From an uncultured Roseiflexus sp. (GTDB lineage: Bacteria > Chloroflexota > Chloroflexia > Chloroflexales > Roseiflexaceae): a stretch of DNA of 64,000 nucleotides. Under the pieces are notes generated by a model that saw nothing but the letters and a program-made list of their open reading frames with translations, ran no database searches and was not told the DNA's origin. The position numbers and the translations under genes are program-made. Below, piece by piece: positions 55,247 through 64,000 of this stretch. Positions within the stretch are counted from its first letter, which is position 1; each line of letters opens with the position of its first letter. Location: NCBI GenBank assembly GCA_937935075.1, contig CALGYB010000009.1, positions 4,854 to 68,853 on the forward strand. Direction: 5' to 3'.

Positions 55247-56410
55247 ATGCCACGTCTCTTGATAGTGACAACTGTTCCGGCAACGCTCTCAGCATTTCTG
55301 CTGCCATTTGCGCGACACTACCGCGCCTGCGGCTGGCGGGTCGATGCCATGACGCGCAATGAAACGATCGACGCTGAGACGCGCACAGCGTTCGATCACA
55401 TCTGGACGCTTCCCTGGTCGCGCCAGCCATTCAGCCCGGTGAACCTGATCGGAACGCCGCGCCGCATCCGACGCATCGTCGAGGGTGAGCAGTACGACAT
55501 CGTCCACGTGCATACCGCAGTCGCAGCGTTTGTCACGCGCTATGCGCTGCGCACCGTCCGTCGGCGCACCGGCGTTCGGGTGATCTACACGGCACACGGC
55601 TTCAACTTCGACCGGGGGATGCCATGGCACAAGAATCTTGCCTTCCTGGCGCTGGAAAAATGCGCAAGCGCCTGGATGGACTACCAGGTGGTGATCAACC
55701 GCACCGATGAACAGGCGGCTCTTCGCTACCGTCTCGCACCGCCGGAGCGCGTCTGGTATATGCCCGGCATTGGCGTTGATCTCACCCGCTACTGTCCCGA
55801 TGGCGTCGCCGAGACGGATGTGGCGGCGCTGCGCCAGCGCCTGGGTATCGCGCCCAACGAGGCGCTGTTCCTGATGATTGCCGAGTTCATCCCGCGCAAG
55901 CGTCACACCGATGCGTTGCGTGCATTTGCGCAGCTGGGGCGGCAAGACGCCCATCTGGCGCTGGCGGGAGACGGACCGCTGCTGGACCCGATGCGGCGCC
56001 TGGCGAACGACCTGGGGATTGCCGAACGAACCCATTTCCTCGGCTACCGACGGGATATTCCGGCGTTGTTGCGGGCGGCGACGGCGCTCGTGCTGCCATC
56101 GCAGCAGGAGGGATTGCCTCGCAGCATTCTGGAGGCGCTGGCGCTTGGCGTGCCGGTGATCGGTTCTGACATTCGCGGCGTGCGCGATCTGCTGGCGGAT
56201 GGCGCCGGTCTGCTTGTGCCGGTTGGCGACGTTGCACGGCTGGCGCGCGCGATGAGACGACTTATCGATGAAAAAGCAGCAGCGCGCGCAATGGCGCAAC
56301 GTGGATTGGAGCAGGTGAAGCGGTACGACTTGCAGCGCATCATTGCGCTGCACGACCAGTTATATGCGGCGGCGTTGAGCGAGCGACATGCCCTGACGCC
56401 AACAGTCTAG
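55247..56410 (+). CDS. GT4 glycosyltransferase
   Basis: DIVHVHT, YTAHGF, RKRH, LPSQQEGLPRSILEALA, DIRGVRDL. Confidence 0.93.
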   Translation: MPRLLIVTTVPATLSAFLLPFARHYRACGWRVDAMTRNETIDAETRTAFDHIWTLPWSRQPFSPVNLIGTPRRIRRIVEGEQYDIVHVHTAVAAFVTRYALRTVRRRTGVRVIYTAHGFNFDRGMPWHKNLAFLALEKCASAWMDYQVVINRTDEQAALRYRLAPPERVWYMPGIGVDLTRYCPDGVAETDVAALRQRLGIAPNEALFLMIAEFIPRKRHTDALRAFAQLGRQDAHLALAGDGPLLDPMRRLANDLGIAERTHFLGYRRDIPALLRAATALVLPSQQEGLPRSILEALALGVPVIGSDIRGVRDLLADGAGLLVPVGDVARLARAMRRLIDEKAAARAMAQRGLEQVKRYDLQRIIALHDQLYAAALSERHALTPTV

Positions 56411-56423
56411 AGGAGGACCGCTG

Positions 56424-57077
56424 ATGTATCGCAGATACGGCAAACGCGCATTGGACCTGATTCTCGTGGTTCCGGCATTGATCCTGCTCGCGCCGGCAAT
56501 GGCAATCCTTGCCCTGCTGATCCGGCTCAGGATGGGATCGCCGGTGTTGTTTGTCCAGGAGCGGGCCGGAAAGGACGGGAAGCCATTCAGGCTCTATAAG
56601 TTTCGCAGCATGACCAATGCGCGCGATGCGCAGGGCAACCTGCTGCCCGACGAGCAACGCCTGACGCCGTTCGGCAAATTCCTGCGCAGCGCCAGTTTGG
56701 ATGAACTGCCGCAGTTGTTCAACGTCCTGCGCGGCGAGATGAGCCTGGTCGGACCGCGACCGCTGCTGATGAGATATATCGACCGGTATACGCCAGAGCA
56801 GCGCCGACGTCTCGATGCGCTGCCTGGCGTCACATGCCAGGCAGTGCTTCACGGGCGCAGTAATCAGACGTGGGACGAAATCCTGGCGCACGATGTCTGG
56901 TATGTCGATCATATCAGCCTCTGGACCGATCTGCGCATCCTGGTTGGCACGGTGCGGGTGGTGCTGACCCGCGAGGGGGTCGAGCGCAGCGCAAATGGGC
57001 AGGTTCCCGAATTTCTTGGTGTGCTGGCTCAAACGCAGGGCGCCGCTCCTGAAGCGCGCCGCGTCGGGCAATCATAG
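56424..57077 (+). CDS. Priming phosphoglycosyltransferase (monotopic, PglC/EpsL-like)
   Basis: KRALDL, F.QER.G..GKPF..YKFRSM, DELPQLFNVL.GEMSLVGPRP. Confidence 0.95.
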   Translation: MYRRYGKRALDLILVVPALILLAPAMAILALLIRLRMGSPVLFVQERAGKDGKPFRLYKFRSMTNARDAQGNLLPDEQRLTPFGKFLRSASLDELPQLFNVLRGEMSLVGPRPLLMRYIDRYTPEQRRRLDALPGVTCQAVLHGRSNQTWDEILAHDVWYVDHISLWTDLRILVGTVRVVLTREGVERSANGQVPEFLGVLAQTQGAAPEARRVGQS

Positions 57078-57092
57078 GGACGTGAGGTGGGT

Positions 57093-57956
57093 ATGCGTAT
57101 CACGCTCATCCGGTCTGCTCAGGAATCTGAAGCAGTGTTCGATGCAGTCGAACGTCTGTTTTGCAGCACGTTTGGTTATCGCCCGGACAGGAGTGCATGG
57201 TCGCAATTCTACTTCGCCAATCCGTATGGCGATGCCATTGTGGCATTGGGCTGGAACAGCGATCAACTGGTCGGGCATCACGCCCTCGTGCCGCATGTGC
57301 TGACGGACAGCAATGGGCAGTGCTACCGGTATTACCTGGCGATGAGTCTCATGCTCCACCCGGATCATCGCGGCTTTCCCGCCTTTTATCGGCTGGTCGC
57401 GGCGACGACCGAGGCGGCGCGGGCGGAGGGTGCGCCGTTTATTCTCGGGTTTCCGAACAAGAACTCGTATGCGCTCTTTCAACGCGCGTTCGGATGGAAG
57501 ACGTTGATCGAAACCGAGTTGTACAACTGGCGCCCGACAGCGCTGGTCGATCCACCGCACAGCATCGTTGCATTGCCGCATCTGCGCCTGACCGATGAGA
57601 TAGGACCGCCACGCGATGAGACATACCGACAGTGGCGCAGCCTGACGCGCCCCTACCACGCCGAACTGGTCAACAGGCGGCTTGCCGTCATCTACAAAAT
57701 CGAGCGCAACGACACGCTCACCGTGCTCGACATCCTGACCGATTGCCCAGAGGCGGCAGCGAACGACCTGGGGGCATTGGCAGCATATGCGGGCGTACAA
57801 CAGGTGCGTATCACCGGTGTGCACGCCCGGATGATCGGTCTCGAACCGGCGGGTATGGAGCGCCACACCGATTACCGCTTGCGCATGTGCTATGCGCCGT
57901 TGACGGATCACCCGCCGTCGATGCGTTTCAGTCTACTCTTGAGCGATGTGTTCTGA
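57093..57956 (+). CDS. GNAT family N-acyltransferase
   Basis: W..FYFANPYG, LVGH.AL, MLHPDHRG (motif A), ILGFPN..S. Confidence 0.8.
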   Translation: MRITLIRSAQESEAVFDAVERLFCSTFGYRPDRSAWSQFYFANPYGDAIVALGWNSDQLVGHHALVPHVLTDSNGQCYRYYLAMSLMLHPDHRGFPAFYRLVAATTEAARAEGAPFILGFPNKNSYALFQRAFGWKTLIETELYNWRPTALVDPPHSIVALPHLRLTDEIGPPRDETYRQWRSLTRPYHAELVNRRLAVIYKIERNDTLTVLDILTDCPEAAANDLGALAAYAGVQQVRITGVHARMIGLEPAGMERHTDYRLRMCYAPLTDHPPSMRFSLLLSDVF

Positions 57957-57978
57957 AAGGGAGAAAAGGAGTTCCGGT

Positions 57979-58644
57979 ATGAATGTTCTGGTGGTGGCGG
58001 CGCATCCTGACGACGAAGTGCTTGGATGTGGCGGGGTTACGGCGCGTCACGTCGCGCAGGGCGACTCGGTCTACGCACTGATCGCCACTCGCGGCATGCC
58101 GGACATGTTTCCGCCGGAGCGGGACGAAGCGGATCGCCAGGATTCGCGGACAGCGCATCAACTGCTTGGCGGTTCGGACATCTTCTTCCTCGACTTTCCT
58201 GCGCCACAACTGGATATGGTGCCAGGGCACAAACTGGCGGACGCGATCCGCGAGGTGATCTTCGCTGTGCGCGCCGACGTGGTCTATGCGCCGTTTGGCG
58301 GCGATCTGCACGGCGATCACAAAGCCGTCTATCTGGCAACGCTGGTCGCGGCGCGCCCGATCAATGGGTGCCCGGCGCGGCGGCTGCTCTGCTACGAAAC
58401 CCTCTCTGAGACCGATTGGGCGTCGCCAATCGAGGAGAGCGCCTTCAAGCCCACCGTTTTTGTGGACATCAGTGATGTGCTGGAGCGTAAATTGCAGGCG
58501 CTTGCCTGCTTTCGCAACGAACTCAAACAGCCGCCGCATCCCCGCTCGTTGCGTGCGGTCGAGGCGCTGGCGCGGGTGCGCGGCAGCACCGCCGGTCTGA
58601 TGGCGGCAGAGGCGTTCATGCTGGTTCGCGAGATTATCAGTTGA
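57979..58644 (+). CDS. PIG-L family N-deacetylase
   Basis: VAAHPDDEVLGCGG, HGDH, YET.S, FVDIS..LERK..AL; AAGGAG RBS before ATG 57979. Confidence 0.92.
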   Translation: MNVLVVAAHPDDEVLGCGGVTARHVAQGDSVYALIATRGMPDMFPPERDEADRQDSRTAHQLLGGSDIFFLDFPAPQLDMVPGHKLADAIREVIFAVRADVVYAPFGGDLHGDHKAVYLATLVAARPINGCPARRLLCYETLSETDWASPIEESAFKPTVFVDISDVLERKLQALACFRNELKQPPHPRSLRAVEALARVRGSTAGLMAAEAFMLVREIIS

Positions 58645-58659
58645 AGGAGGACCTCAAAC

Positions 58660-58983
58660 ATGCAGGTCACTGCACTGGACGTTCCATCTCAGATTCGCCA
58701 CTACATTACGCACAACCTTTTGTTCGGCGACGAGGGCTTGGTCTACGCTGACGACGACTCGTTCCTCGAGCGGGGTATTGTGGACTCGCTCGGCGTCATT
58801 GAACTGGTCTCGTTTATTGAAGCGCAATTCGGCATCAGTGTCGCCGATCACGAATTGACCCCCGAGAACTTCGATTCGGTGACGAAACTCTCGGAGTATG
58901 TGGCGCGCAAACTTGCGAACAACGCGCATGAAACCGTCGCAGTCCAGGCGCCGCTCTCCTCGATTGCCCTGGGAGGAACATGA
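58660..58983 (+). CDS. Acyl carrier protein
   Basis: GIVDSLGVIELVSFIE..FGI phosphopantetheine site; PENFDSV; strong AAGGAGG RBS. Confidence 0.93.
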   Translation: MQVTALDVPSQIRHYITHNLLFGDEGLVYADDDSFLERGIVDSLGVIELVSFIEAQFGISVADHELTPENFDSVTKLSEYVARKLANNAHETVAVQAPLSSIALGGT

Positions 58984-60521
58984 TGCTGGTTCACGATTTT
59001 CTGACCAACAGCGCCACGCGCCTGCCGGAAAAGGTGGCGCTCGTCTGCGACGGTAAACGGTTGACCTACCGCGACCTCGATCAGATGACGAATCGCCTGG
59101 CGCGTGCGCTGGTCGAGCATGGCATCCGACGCGGCGATCGGGTGGCGATCTTTGCGCCCAACTCGGTCGAGGCGGTCGTTGGGATTTTCGCCGCGCTCAA
59201 GGCAGGTGGCGTGTTCGTGGTCATCAACCATACGACCAAGCAGGATAAACTGATCGCCATTCTGAACAACTGCCGCGCATCGGCAATCATCGTTGACGCC
59301 CAGATCAGAGACGTCCAACTGTCGGCATTGCTGCACAACGTGCCATCACTCCGGGTTGGCGTGCTGGGCAATCAGCGCACCAGCGCTCGTCTGTCGCATC
59401 CCCGTTTTATCGACTTCGATGAGGTGCAGGCGCAGTACGATGCAACGCCTCTGCCGCGCGTCAACATCGATCTCGACCTGGCGTGCCTGATCTACACCTC
59501 GGGCAGCACCGGCGAGCCGAAGGGCGTGATGAGCGATCACAGCAACGTCGTCTTCGCCAGCGGGTCGATCATCGAGTACCTGCAAAATGTCGAAGATGAT
59601 GTCGTCATCAACATGCTGCCGCTCTCCTTCGATTACGGTCTCTACCAGTTGCTGATGACCGTCCGTTTTGGCGGCAGGCTGGCGCTCGAACGCTCGTTTG
59701 CCTATCCGGCGGCGATCCTCAAGCGCGTCGAGGAAGAGCGGGTCACCGGTTTCCCTGGCGTGCCGACGATCTACGCGGTTCTCTTGCAGATGGACCTGAG
59801 CCAGTACGATCTGGCGAGCATCCGGTACCTGACGAACACCGCAGCCGCGTTGCCGCCGAGCCATCTGCTGGAATTGCGCCGGAAGTTCCCGTGGGCGCGC
59901 ATCTACTCGATGTACGGTCTGACCGAAACCAAGCGCACCCTCTATCTGCCGCCGGAAGAACTGGAGCGACGCCCCGGCTCGGTGGGCATCGCCATTCCCG
60001 GCACCGAAGTCTGGCTGGAAGACGAACAGGGCAACCGGGTGGCGCCCGGCGAAGTCGGCGAACTGGTGGTGCGCGGGCGACACGTTATGCGCGGCTACTG
60101 GGAGGCGCCGGAAGCAACCGCACAGCGATACCGTCCCGGTCCATTGCCGGGGGAGCGCGTGTGCTACACCGGCGACCTGTTCCGCATGGACGAGGAAGGC
60201 TTCCTGTACTTCGTCGGGCGCAAGGACGACATCATCAAGAGTCGCGGCGAGAAAGTCGCCCCCAAAGAAGTCGAGAACGTCATCTATGAACTGCCGGGAG
60301 TGGCGGCAGTCGCCGTCGTCGGCGTGCCCGACCCGATACTGGGGCAGGCAATCAAGGCATTTGTGGTGACCAAAAACGCAGATCTGACCGCAAAGCAGAT
60401 TCTGGCGCATTGCCGGGCGCGATTGGAAGATTTCATGGTCCCGCAGTACGTGGAATTCCGCGACGAATTGCCGGTCAATGCATCGGGGAAAATCGCCCGC
60501 CGCGAATTGGCCGGACCGTAG
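58980..60521 (+). CDS. Adenylate-forming acyl-ACP/CoA ligase
   Basis: YTSGSTGEPKG, LPLSFDYG, MYGLTE, YTGD, GRKDDIIK, SGK; ATGA overlap with the ACP gene. Confidence 0.93.
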   Translation: MMLVHDFLTNSATRLPEKVALVCDGKRLTYRDLDQMTNRLARALVEHGIRRGDRVAIFAPNSVEAVVGIFAALKAGGVFVVINHTTKQDKLIAILNNCRASAIIVDAQIRDVQLSALLHNVPSLRVGVLGNQRTSARLSHPRFIDFDEVQAQYDATPLPRVNIDLDLACLIYTSGSTGEPKGVMSDHSNVVFASGSIIEYLQNVEDDVVINMLPLSFDYGLYQLLMTVRFGGRLALERSFAYPAAILKRVEEERVTGFPGVPTIYAVLLQMDLSQYDLASIRYLTNTAAALPPSHLLELRRKFPWARIYSMYGLTETKRTLYLPPEELERRPGSVGIAIPGTEVWLEDEQGNRVAPGEVGELVVRGRHVMRGYWEAPEATAQRYRPGPLPGERVCYTGDLFRMDEEGFLYFVGRKDDIIKSRGEKVAPKEVENVIYELPGVAAVAVVGVPDPILGQAIKAFVVTKNADLTAKQILAHCRARLEDFMVPQYVEFRDELPVNASGKIARRELAGP

Positions 60522-60543
60522 GCGCATCGGCGGGGTAAAACGA

Positions 60544-60756
60544 GGTTGGTATGGGTCGGTATGGGTTGGTATGGATCGGGGTCGGTGGGACGGGGCGGCG
60601 CGGCATGGAATGTCGCGGCGGCGCGGACGGAATGTCGCCGCAAGGCGGCGCAGAGGCGACGCGGCGTCGGGACGGGTCTGAGACCCGCCCCTACACGGAC
60701 CCGCCCCGACGCCCCGACGCCCCGACCATCGTCCATCGTCCCATCGCCCGTCGCCT
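60544..60756. repeat. Mosaic of short tandem repeats plus a GTAG REP palindrome inside the operon
   Basis: 10-mer GGT(T/C)GGTATG x3; GCGGCGCGG..GGAATGTCGC x2; GGGACGGGTCTGAGACCCGCCCCTAC at 60669-60694; CGCCCCGA x3; CCATCG x3. Confidence 0.75.
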
Positions 60757-60814
60757 GCCGCCCCGGGAACACCAACCCGACCCGGCGACATATCGTAAGA
60801 TCAGGAGTTTCGTA

Positions 60815-62815
60815 ATGTGCGGAATTGTGGGCATCGTTAATGTTCGCGGCGATCAACCGATCTCCGAAGAGACGCTCCGCCAGATGCTGGCAATGATCCG
60901 GCATCGCGGTCCAGACCAGTTCGGCATCTACCTCGACGACCGGGCCGGGCTGGGCAATGCGCGGTTGCGCATCATCGACCTGAGCGGCGGGCAGCAGCCG
61001 ATTGCCAACGAAGACGAGCGTTTCTGGATTGTCTTCAACGGCGAGATTTTCAACTACGTGGAACTGCGCTCCGATCTCGAAGCGCGTGGACACTGCTTCA
61101 CGACTCATAGCGACACCGAGGTGATCCTGCACCTGTACGAAGAGTACGGTCCGGCGTGCCTCGCGCATCTCAACGGTCAGTTTGCGATTGCCATCTGGGA
61201 CGCGCGCGAGCAGACGCTATTCCTGGCGCGCGATCGGGTGGGCATTCTCCCGCTGTTCTACTCCCTCGTCGATGGAACATTGATCTTTGCGTCGGAGATT
61301 AAAGCAATCCTGGCTGACCCGCGTGTTCGACGCGCCATCGACCCGGTGGCGCTGGAGCAGATTTTCACCTTTTGGGCAACACTCTCATCCCGGACGATTT
61401 TTCGTGACATCGTGAGCCTCCCTCCAGGTCATTACCTGGTTGCGCACCACGGGCGGATCGACGTTCAGCCGTACTGGCGCCTCGAATTCGGCGCGCCGGC
61501 GAAGGAGCGCAGCGAGGAGGAGTATGTCGAGGAATTGCGCGATCTGCTGATCGATGCCACACGGATCCGCCTGCGCGCAGATGTGCCGGTCGGCGCATAC
61601 CTGAGCGGCGGACTGGACTCCTCAACAGTCGCGGCGATTGTGCGCCGGTATACCGGCAACCAGCTCGACACCTTTTCGATTGCCTTCAGCGACCCGGAGT
61701 TCGATGAGAGTCCGTTCCAGCGCCAGATGGCGCAGTATCTCAGCACCAACCATCAGGTGGCGTATGTGACGCACGCCGATATCGGGCGCGTCTTCCCGGA
61801 GGTGATCTGGCATACGGAAATGCCGATCCTGCGCACGTCGCCTGCGCCGCTCTTCATGCTCTCGCAACTGGTGCACGACCATTCCTACCGCGTAGTGCTG
61901 ACCGGCGAAGGCGCCGATGAGTTTCTTGCAGGCTACGACATCTTCAAGGAGGCAAAAGTGCGACGGTTTTGGGCGCGTCAGCCCGACTCACGACTGCGAC
62001 CGCTGCTATTCCGCCGCCTTTACCCGTGGATCGCCGGATTTGCAAGCAGCAATACTGCCTATCTCGCAGCATTCTTCAGCGAAGGGCTGATGGACACCGC
62101 CGCACCGGATTACTCCCATCGTCCGCGCTGGCGCACCACCAGCCGCACCCGCCGGTTCTTCAGCGATGAGGTGCGCCAGGCAGCCGACACGCTGGCGCAC
62201 CCGACGGATCGCACGCCGTACTACCCGGAAGCGTTCTCTTCGTGGGAACCGCTGCATCAGGCGCAGTATCTGGAAATTACCACCTTCCTCTCGCAGTATC
62301 TCCTCTCGGCGCAAGGCGACCGGATGATCATGGCGCACGCAGTCGAAGGGCGTTTTCCGTTCCTTGACCATCGCGTGATCGAGTTCGCCAACCGCCTGCC
62401 GCCACGCCTGAAACTGCGCGGTCTTACCGAAAAGTACATCCTGCGCCAGGTCAGTCGCGCCTGGCTGCCAGACGCCATCTGGCAGCGTCCCAAGCAACCA
62501 TATCGCGCGCCCATCCATCGAAGCTTCTTCAACGACGCGCGCCTGGACTACGTTCAGCACCTTCTCTCGGTAGACTGCATCCGGGCGAACGGTCTGTTCA
62601 AACCGACAGCAGTTGCACACCTGAAGGAAAAAGCGCAATCCGGCATGCGCCTGAGCGAAATCGAAGATATGGCGCTGGCAGGCATTCTCTCGACCCAACT
62701 GCTGGTCGAGCGGTTTATCCGCGATTTTCGCATGCCGCCGCCGATCGCCGACGCAGATGATGTCAAAGTCTGCATCAGAAGCGGCATTGTTGCAGGAGGA
62801 AGCTATGGGGTTTGA
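60815..62815 (+). CDS. asnB: Asparagine synthase (glutamine-hydrolysing) family amidotransferase
   Basis: MCGI N-terminal nucleophile Cys, HRGPD, FNGEIFNY, SDTEV, LSGGLDSS, LTGEGADE, EGRFPFLD; AGGAG RBS. Probably a tailoring paralogue. Confidence 0.95.
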   Translation: MCGIVGIVNVRGDQPISEETLRQMLAMIRHRGPDQFGIYLDDRAGLGNARLRIIDLSGGQQPIANEDERFWIVFNGEIFNYVELRSDLEARGHCFTTHSDTEVILHLYEEYGPACLAHLNGQFAIAIWDAREQTLFLARDRVGILPLFYSLVDGTLIFASEIKAILADPRVRRAIDPVALEQIFTFWATLSSRTIFRDIVSLPPGHYLVAHHGRIDVQPYWRLEFGAPAKERSEEEYVEELRDLLIDATRIRLRADVPVGAYLSGGLDSSTVAAIVRRYTGNQLDTFSIAFSDPEFDESPFQRQMAQYLSTNHQVAYVTHADIGRVFPEVIWHTEMPILRTSPAPLFMLSQLVHDHSYRVVLTGEGADEFLAGYDIFKEAKVRRFWARQPDSRLRPLLFRRLYPWIAGFASSNTAYLAAFFSEGLMDTAAPDYSHRPRWRTTSRTRRFFSDEVRQAADTLAHPTDRTPYYPEAFSSWEPLHQAQYLEITTFLSQYLLSAQGDRMIMAHAVEGRFPFLDHRVIEFANRLPPRLKLRGLTEKYILRQVSRAWLPDAIWQRPKQPYRAPIHRSFFNDARLDYVQHLLSVDCIRANGLFKPTAVAHLKEKAQSGMRLSEIEDMALAGILSTQLLVERFIRDFRMPPPIADADDVKVCIRSGIVAGGSYGV

Positions 62816-63809
62816 TACGCGCGTGCTACAGATCGATGCGGCAGCCGAGACGAAGCGCATCATTGCCTGGTTGCAGTACCACGTCATCAGAACTCTGCAT
62901 CGTCAGGGAGTCGTGCTGGGAATCAGCGGCGGGATCGACTCATCGGTGGCGCTGGCGCTCTGCGTCCGCGCATTCGGGCCGCAGCGCGTGATTGCGCTGA
63001 TGATGCCCGAGCGCGACTCTGATCCGCAGACGGTGCATCTGTCGGAGATGGTTGCCCGACACTACGGCGTCGAGCCGATCCTGGAAGACATCACACCGGT
63101 GCTCGAAGGGTTTGGCTGTTACCGCCGCCGCGACGAAGCGGTGCAACGAATATTCCCGGAGTACGACGCCGAACGCGGCTACAAAATGCGCATCGTGCTG
63201 CCACAGAACCTGCTCGATGCCGATACGCTGAATGTCTTTTCGCTCGAAATCATCACGCCGGAGGGCGAGGTGAAGAGCAAACGCCTGCCGCCGCGCGAAT
63301 ACGCTCAGATCGTTGCCGCCTCGAATTTCAAGCAGCGGACACGGATGGCAATGGTGTACTACCACGCAGAACTGCGCAACTATGCCGTCGTTGGCACGCC
63401 GAACAAGAACGAACACGATCAGGGATTTTTCGTCAAGTACGGCGACGGCGGCGCCGATCTGCGCCCGATTGTGCATCTGTACAAAACGCAGATCTACCAG
63501 CTGGCGCGTTATCTCGATGTACCGGAGGTCATTCAACGTCGCCCGCCGACATCCGACACCTACAGCGCTCCAACCACGCAACAGGAATTCTTCTTCCGCC
63601 TGCCGTTCGAGACGATGGACCTGCTCTGGTATGCGCAGGAGCACAACGTACCGGTAGCGGACGTGGCAGAGGCGCTGCACCTGACGCCGGTGCAGGTGCA
63701 GCGCGCCTTCAACGATTTTGCCCGCAAACGGCACACAACCGCGTATCTGCGGGTGCCGCCGCTGGAAATGCGCGCCGAGGAGCACGCAACAGTCACTGTG
63801 AATCTGTAG
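62805..63809 (+). CDS. nadE: NH3-dependent NAD synthetase-like amide ligase
   Basis: GISGGIDSS, NFKQRTRM, GT.NKNE...GFFVKYGDG, HLYKTQIYQLA; overlaps the asnB stop. May be a specialised paralogue. Confidence 0.88.
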   Translation: MGFDTRVLQIDAAAETKRIIAWLQYHVIRTLHRQGVVLGISGGIDSSVALALCVRAFGPQRVIALMMPERDSDPQTVHLSEMVARHYGVEPILEDITPVLEGFGCYRRRDEAVQRIFPEYDAERGYKMRIVLPQNLLDADTLNVFSLEIITPEGEVKSKRLPPREYAQIVAASNFKQRTRMAMVYYHAELRNYAVVGTPNKNEHDQGFFVKYGDGGADLRPIVHLYKTQIYQLARYLDVPEVIQRRPPTSDTYSAPTTQQEFFFRLPFETMDLLWYAQEHNVPVADVAEALHLTPVQVQRAFNDFARKRHTTAYLRVPPLEMRAEEHATVTVNL

Positions 63810-63824
63810 ACTCGGGAGGATGGA

Positions 63825-64000
63825 ATGCAGGCAAGAGTATACACCGTTGACGATCAGGAAGCGTGGGAGGCTGCGGCGCCGGCGCACGTGAGCGTCTTTG
63901 GCAGCGTCGGGTACGCCCGGGTGGTTCAGAAACACACCGGCTATCCGGCGCGCTTGTTCGTCGTATCATCGGATGAGGGACGGATTGTGCACCCGTTTTT
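63825..64000 (+). CDS. N-terminus of a probable GNAT/FemAB-like protein (truncated by the window edge)
   Basis: Not in the ORF track. GGAGG RBS then MQARVYTVDDQEAWEAAAPAHVSVFGSVGYARVVQKHTGYPARLFVVSSDEGRIVHPF, open to the end. The W..............Y...........LF........HPF pattern resembles FemAB-like GNAT starts. Confidence 0.55.
   Translation, partial: MQARVYTVDDQEAWEAAAPAHVSVFGSVGYARVVQKHTGYPARLFVVSSDEGRIVHPF

Noticed and set aside
60551-60814. 88-aa N-terminal extension of AsnB in the ORF track
   Set aside because: Ntn amidotransferases need Cys at the mature N-terminus; MCGI at 60815 has its own RBS, and the extension is translated repeat DNA.
1-64000. rRNA, tRNA, transposase, integrase or prophage genes
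   Set aside because: No recognisable signatures seen, and nearly all space is explained by the listed genes. A tRNAscan/Infernal run would be needed to exclude small RNAs formally.

Overview
GC-rich bacterial DNA, densely coding. Gene content points to a filamentous Chloroflexota genome, most likely Roseiflexus-like (inferred from YFPETGH repeats, membrane Ser/Thr kinases and repeat families; no database check). From left to right: (1) 1-13 kb, mixed genes: partial ABC transporter, PIG-L deacetylase, S8 protease, MFS permease, kinase-TPR, esterase, VOC protein and fhs. (2) 13-28 kb, a minus-strand LacI-controlled sugar locus: beta-propeller, ABC permeases and binding protein, a fused membrane/spermidine-synthase-like gene, two Gfo/Idh/MocA oxidoreductases, GH20 and GH1. 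(3) 28-45 kb, envelope and signalling genes: ATL, second kinase, PIG-V-like mannosyltransferase, PBP1A, glucosaminidase, SdrD-B surface protein with an MbnH-like di-heme enzyme, a frameshifted HEPN-CBS gene, and a copper-amine-oxidase-like lipoprotein. (4) 45-64 kb, a Wzx/Wzy polysaccharide cluster that continues into a GNAT / PIG-L / ACP / adenylating enzyme / AsnB / NadE / GNAT-FemAB tailoring cassette, which is the best candidate for an undescribed system. Several REP-like palindrome families sit in the intergenic gaps. I saw no rRNA, tRNA, CRISPR array or transposase. The supplied ORF track labels 5141..6298 as +, but the sequence shows this gene is on the - strand. All family calls are motif recognition by eye.
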